Assembly (NCBI GenBank): GCA_018816445.1
Contig: JAHIVO010000061.1
Location: 305-64,304 of the forward strand
Reading direction: 5' to 3'
Source: Patescibacteria group bacterium
GTDB lineage: Bacteria; Patescibacteriota; Patescibacteriia; UBA10025; JAHIVO01
Length of the DNA: 64,000 bases
In this document: positions 63,996 through 64,000 of the stretch, in pieces
How positions within the stretch are numbered: the stretch's first letter is position 1
Layout of the letters: each line of letters opens with the position of its first letter
Made by a program: the position numbers and the translations under genes
Notes under the pieces: model-generated
What the model was told of the DNA's origin: nothing
What the model saw: the letters and a program-made list of their open reading frames with translations, nothing else
Databases searched by the model: none

Positions 63996-64000
63996 TTTAA

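Overview
This 64-kb window is a gene-dense, low-GC bacterial segment with a likely CPR/Patescibacteria-like gene complement. That complement includes archaeal-type AMP phosphorylase, DEAD-box helicase, suf operon, Lgt, parAB, topA and dprA. Three things are notable and not explained by ordinary annotation.

1. A complete diversity-generating retroelement (DGR) at about 12.6-15.3 kb. It has a target gene with a C-terminal variable repeat (VR), a template repeat (TR), an Avd-like gene and a DGR-type reverse transcriptase. TR differs from VR at 20 positions, all of them TR adenines. The cassette is bracketed by roughly 310-bp direct repeats, each encoding a conserved 48-aa protein, and by a recurring ~45-nt motif that delimits gene modules.

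2. Two loci (10.67-10.88 kb, + strand; 52.39-52.57 kb, - strand) carry a nested tRNA-in-tRNA arrangement. A complete tRNA sits inside the D-arm position of a second tRNA of the same anticodon, clamped by a 10-13 bp perfect helix. Both tRNAs keep their stems through compensatory changes. Each locus lies within a wider cluster of tRNA-like hairpins.

3. Two paralogous DUF5320-like/DUF134 cassettes with conserved upstream elements sit next to metal-homeostasis genes (DtxR-FeoAB, NikR-CbiM with a near-consensus NikR operator, Fur, ZupT x2, CorA).

Other items: an rSAM-SPASM maturase with a candidate precursor peptide, a frameshifted ZIP transporter, a pair of tRNA-CAT genes (initiator and elongator) with conserved structured leaders, an 18-bp duplication of the tRNA-Met 3' end, and several GC-rich islands. 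All calls come from reading the sequence; no searches were run.
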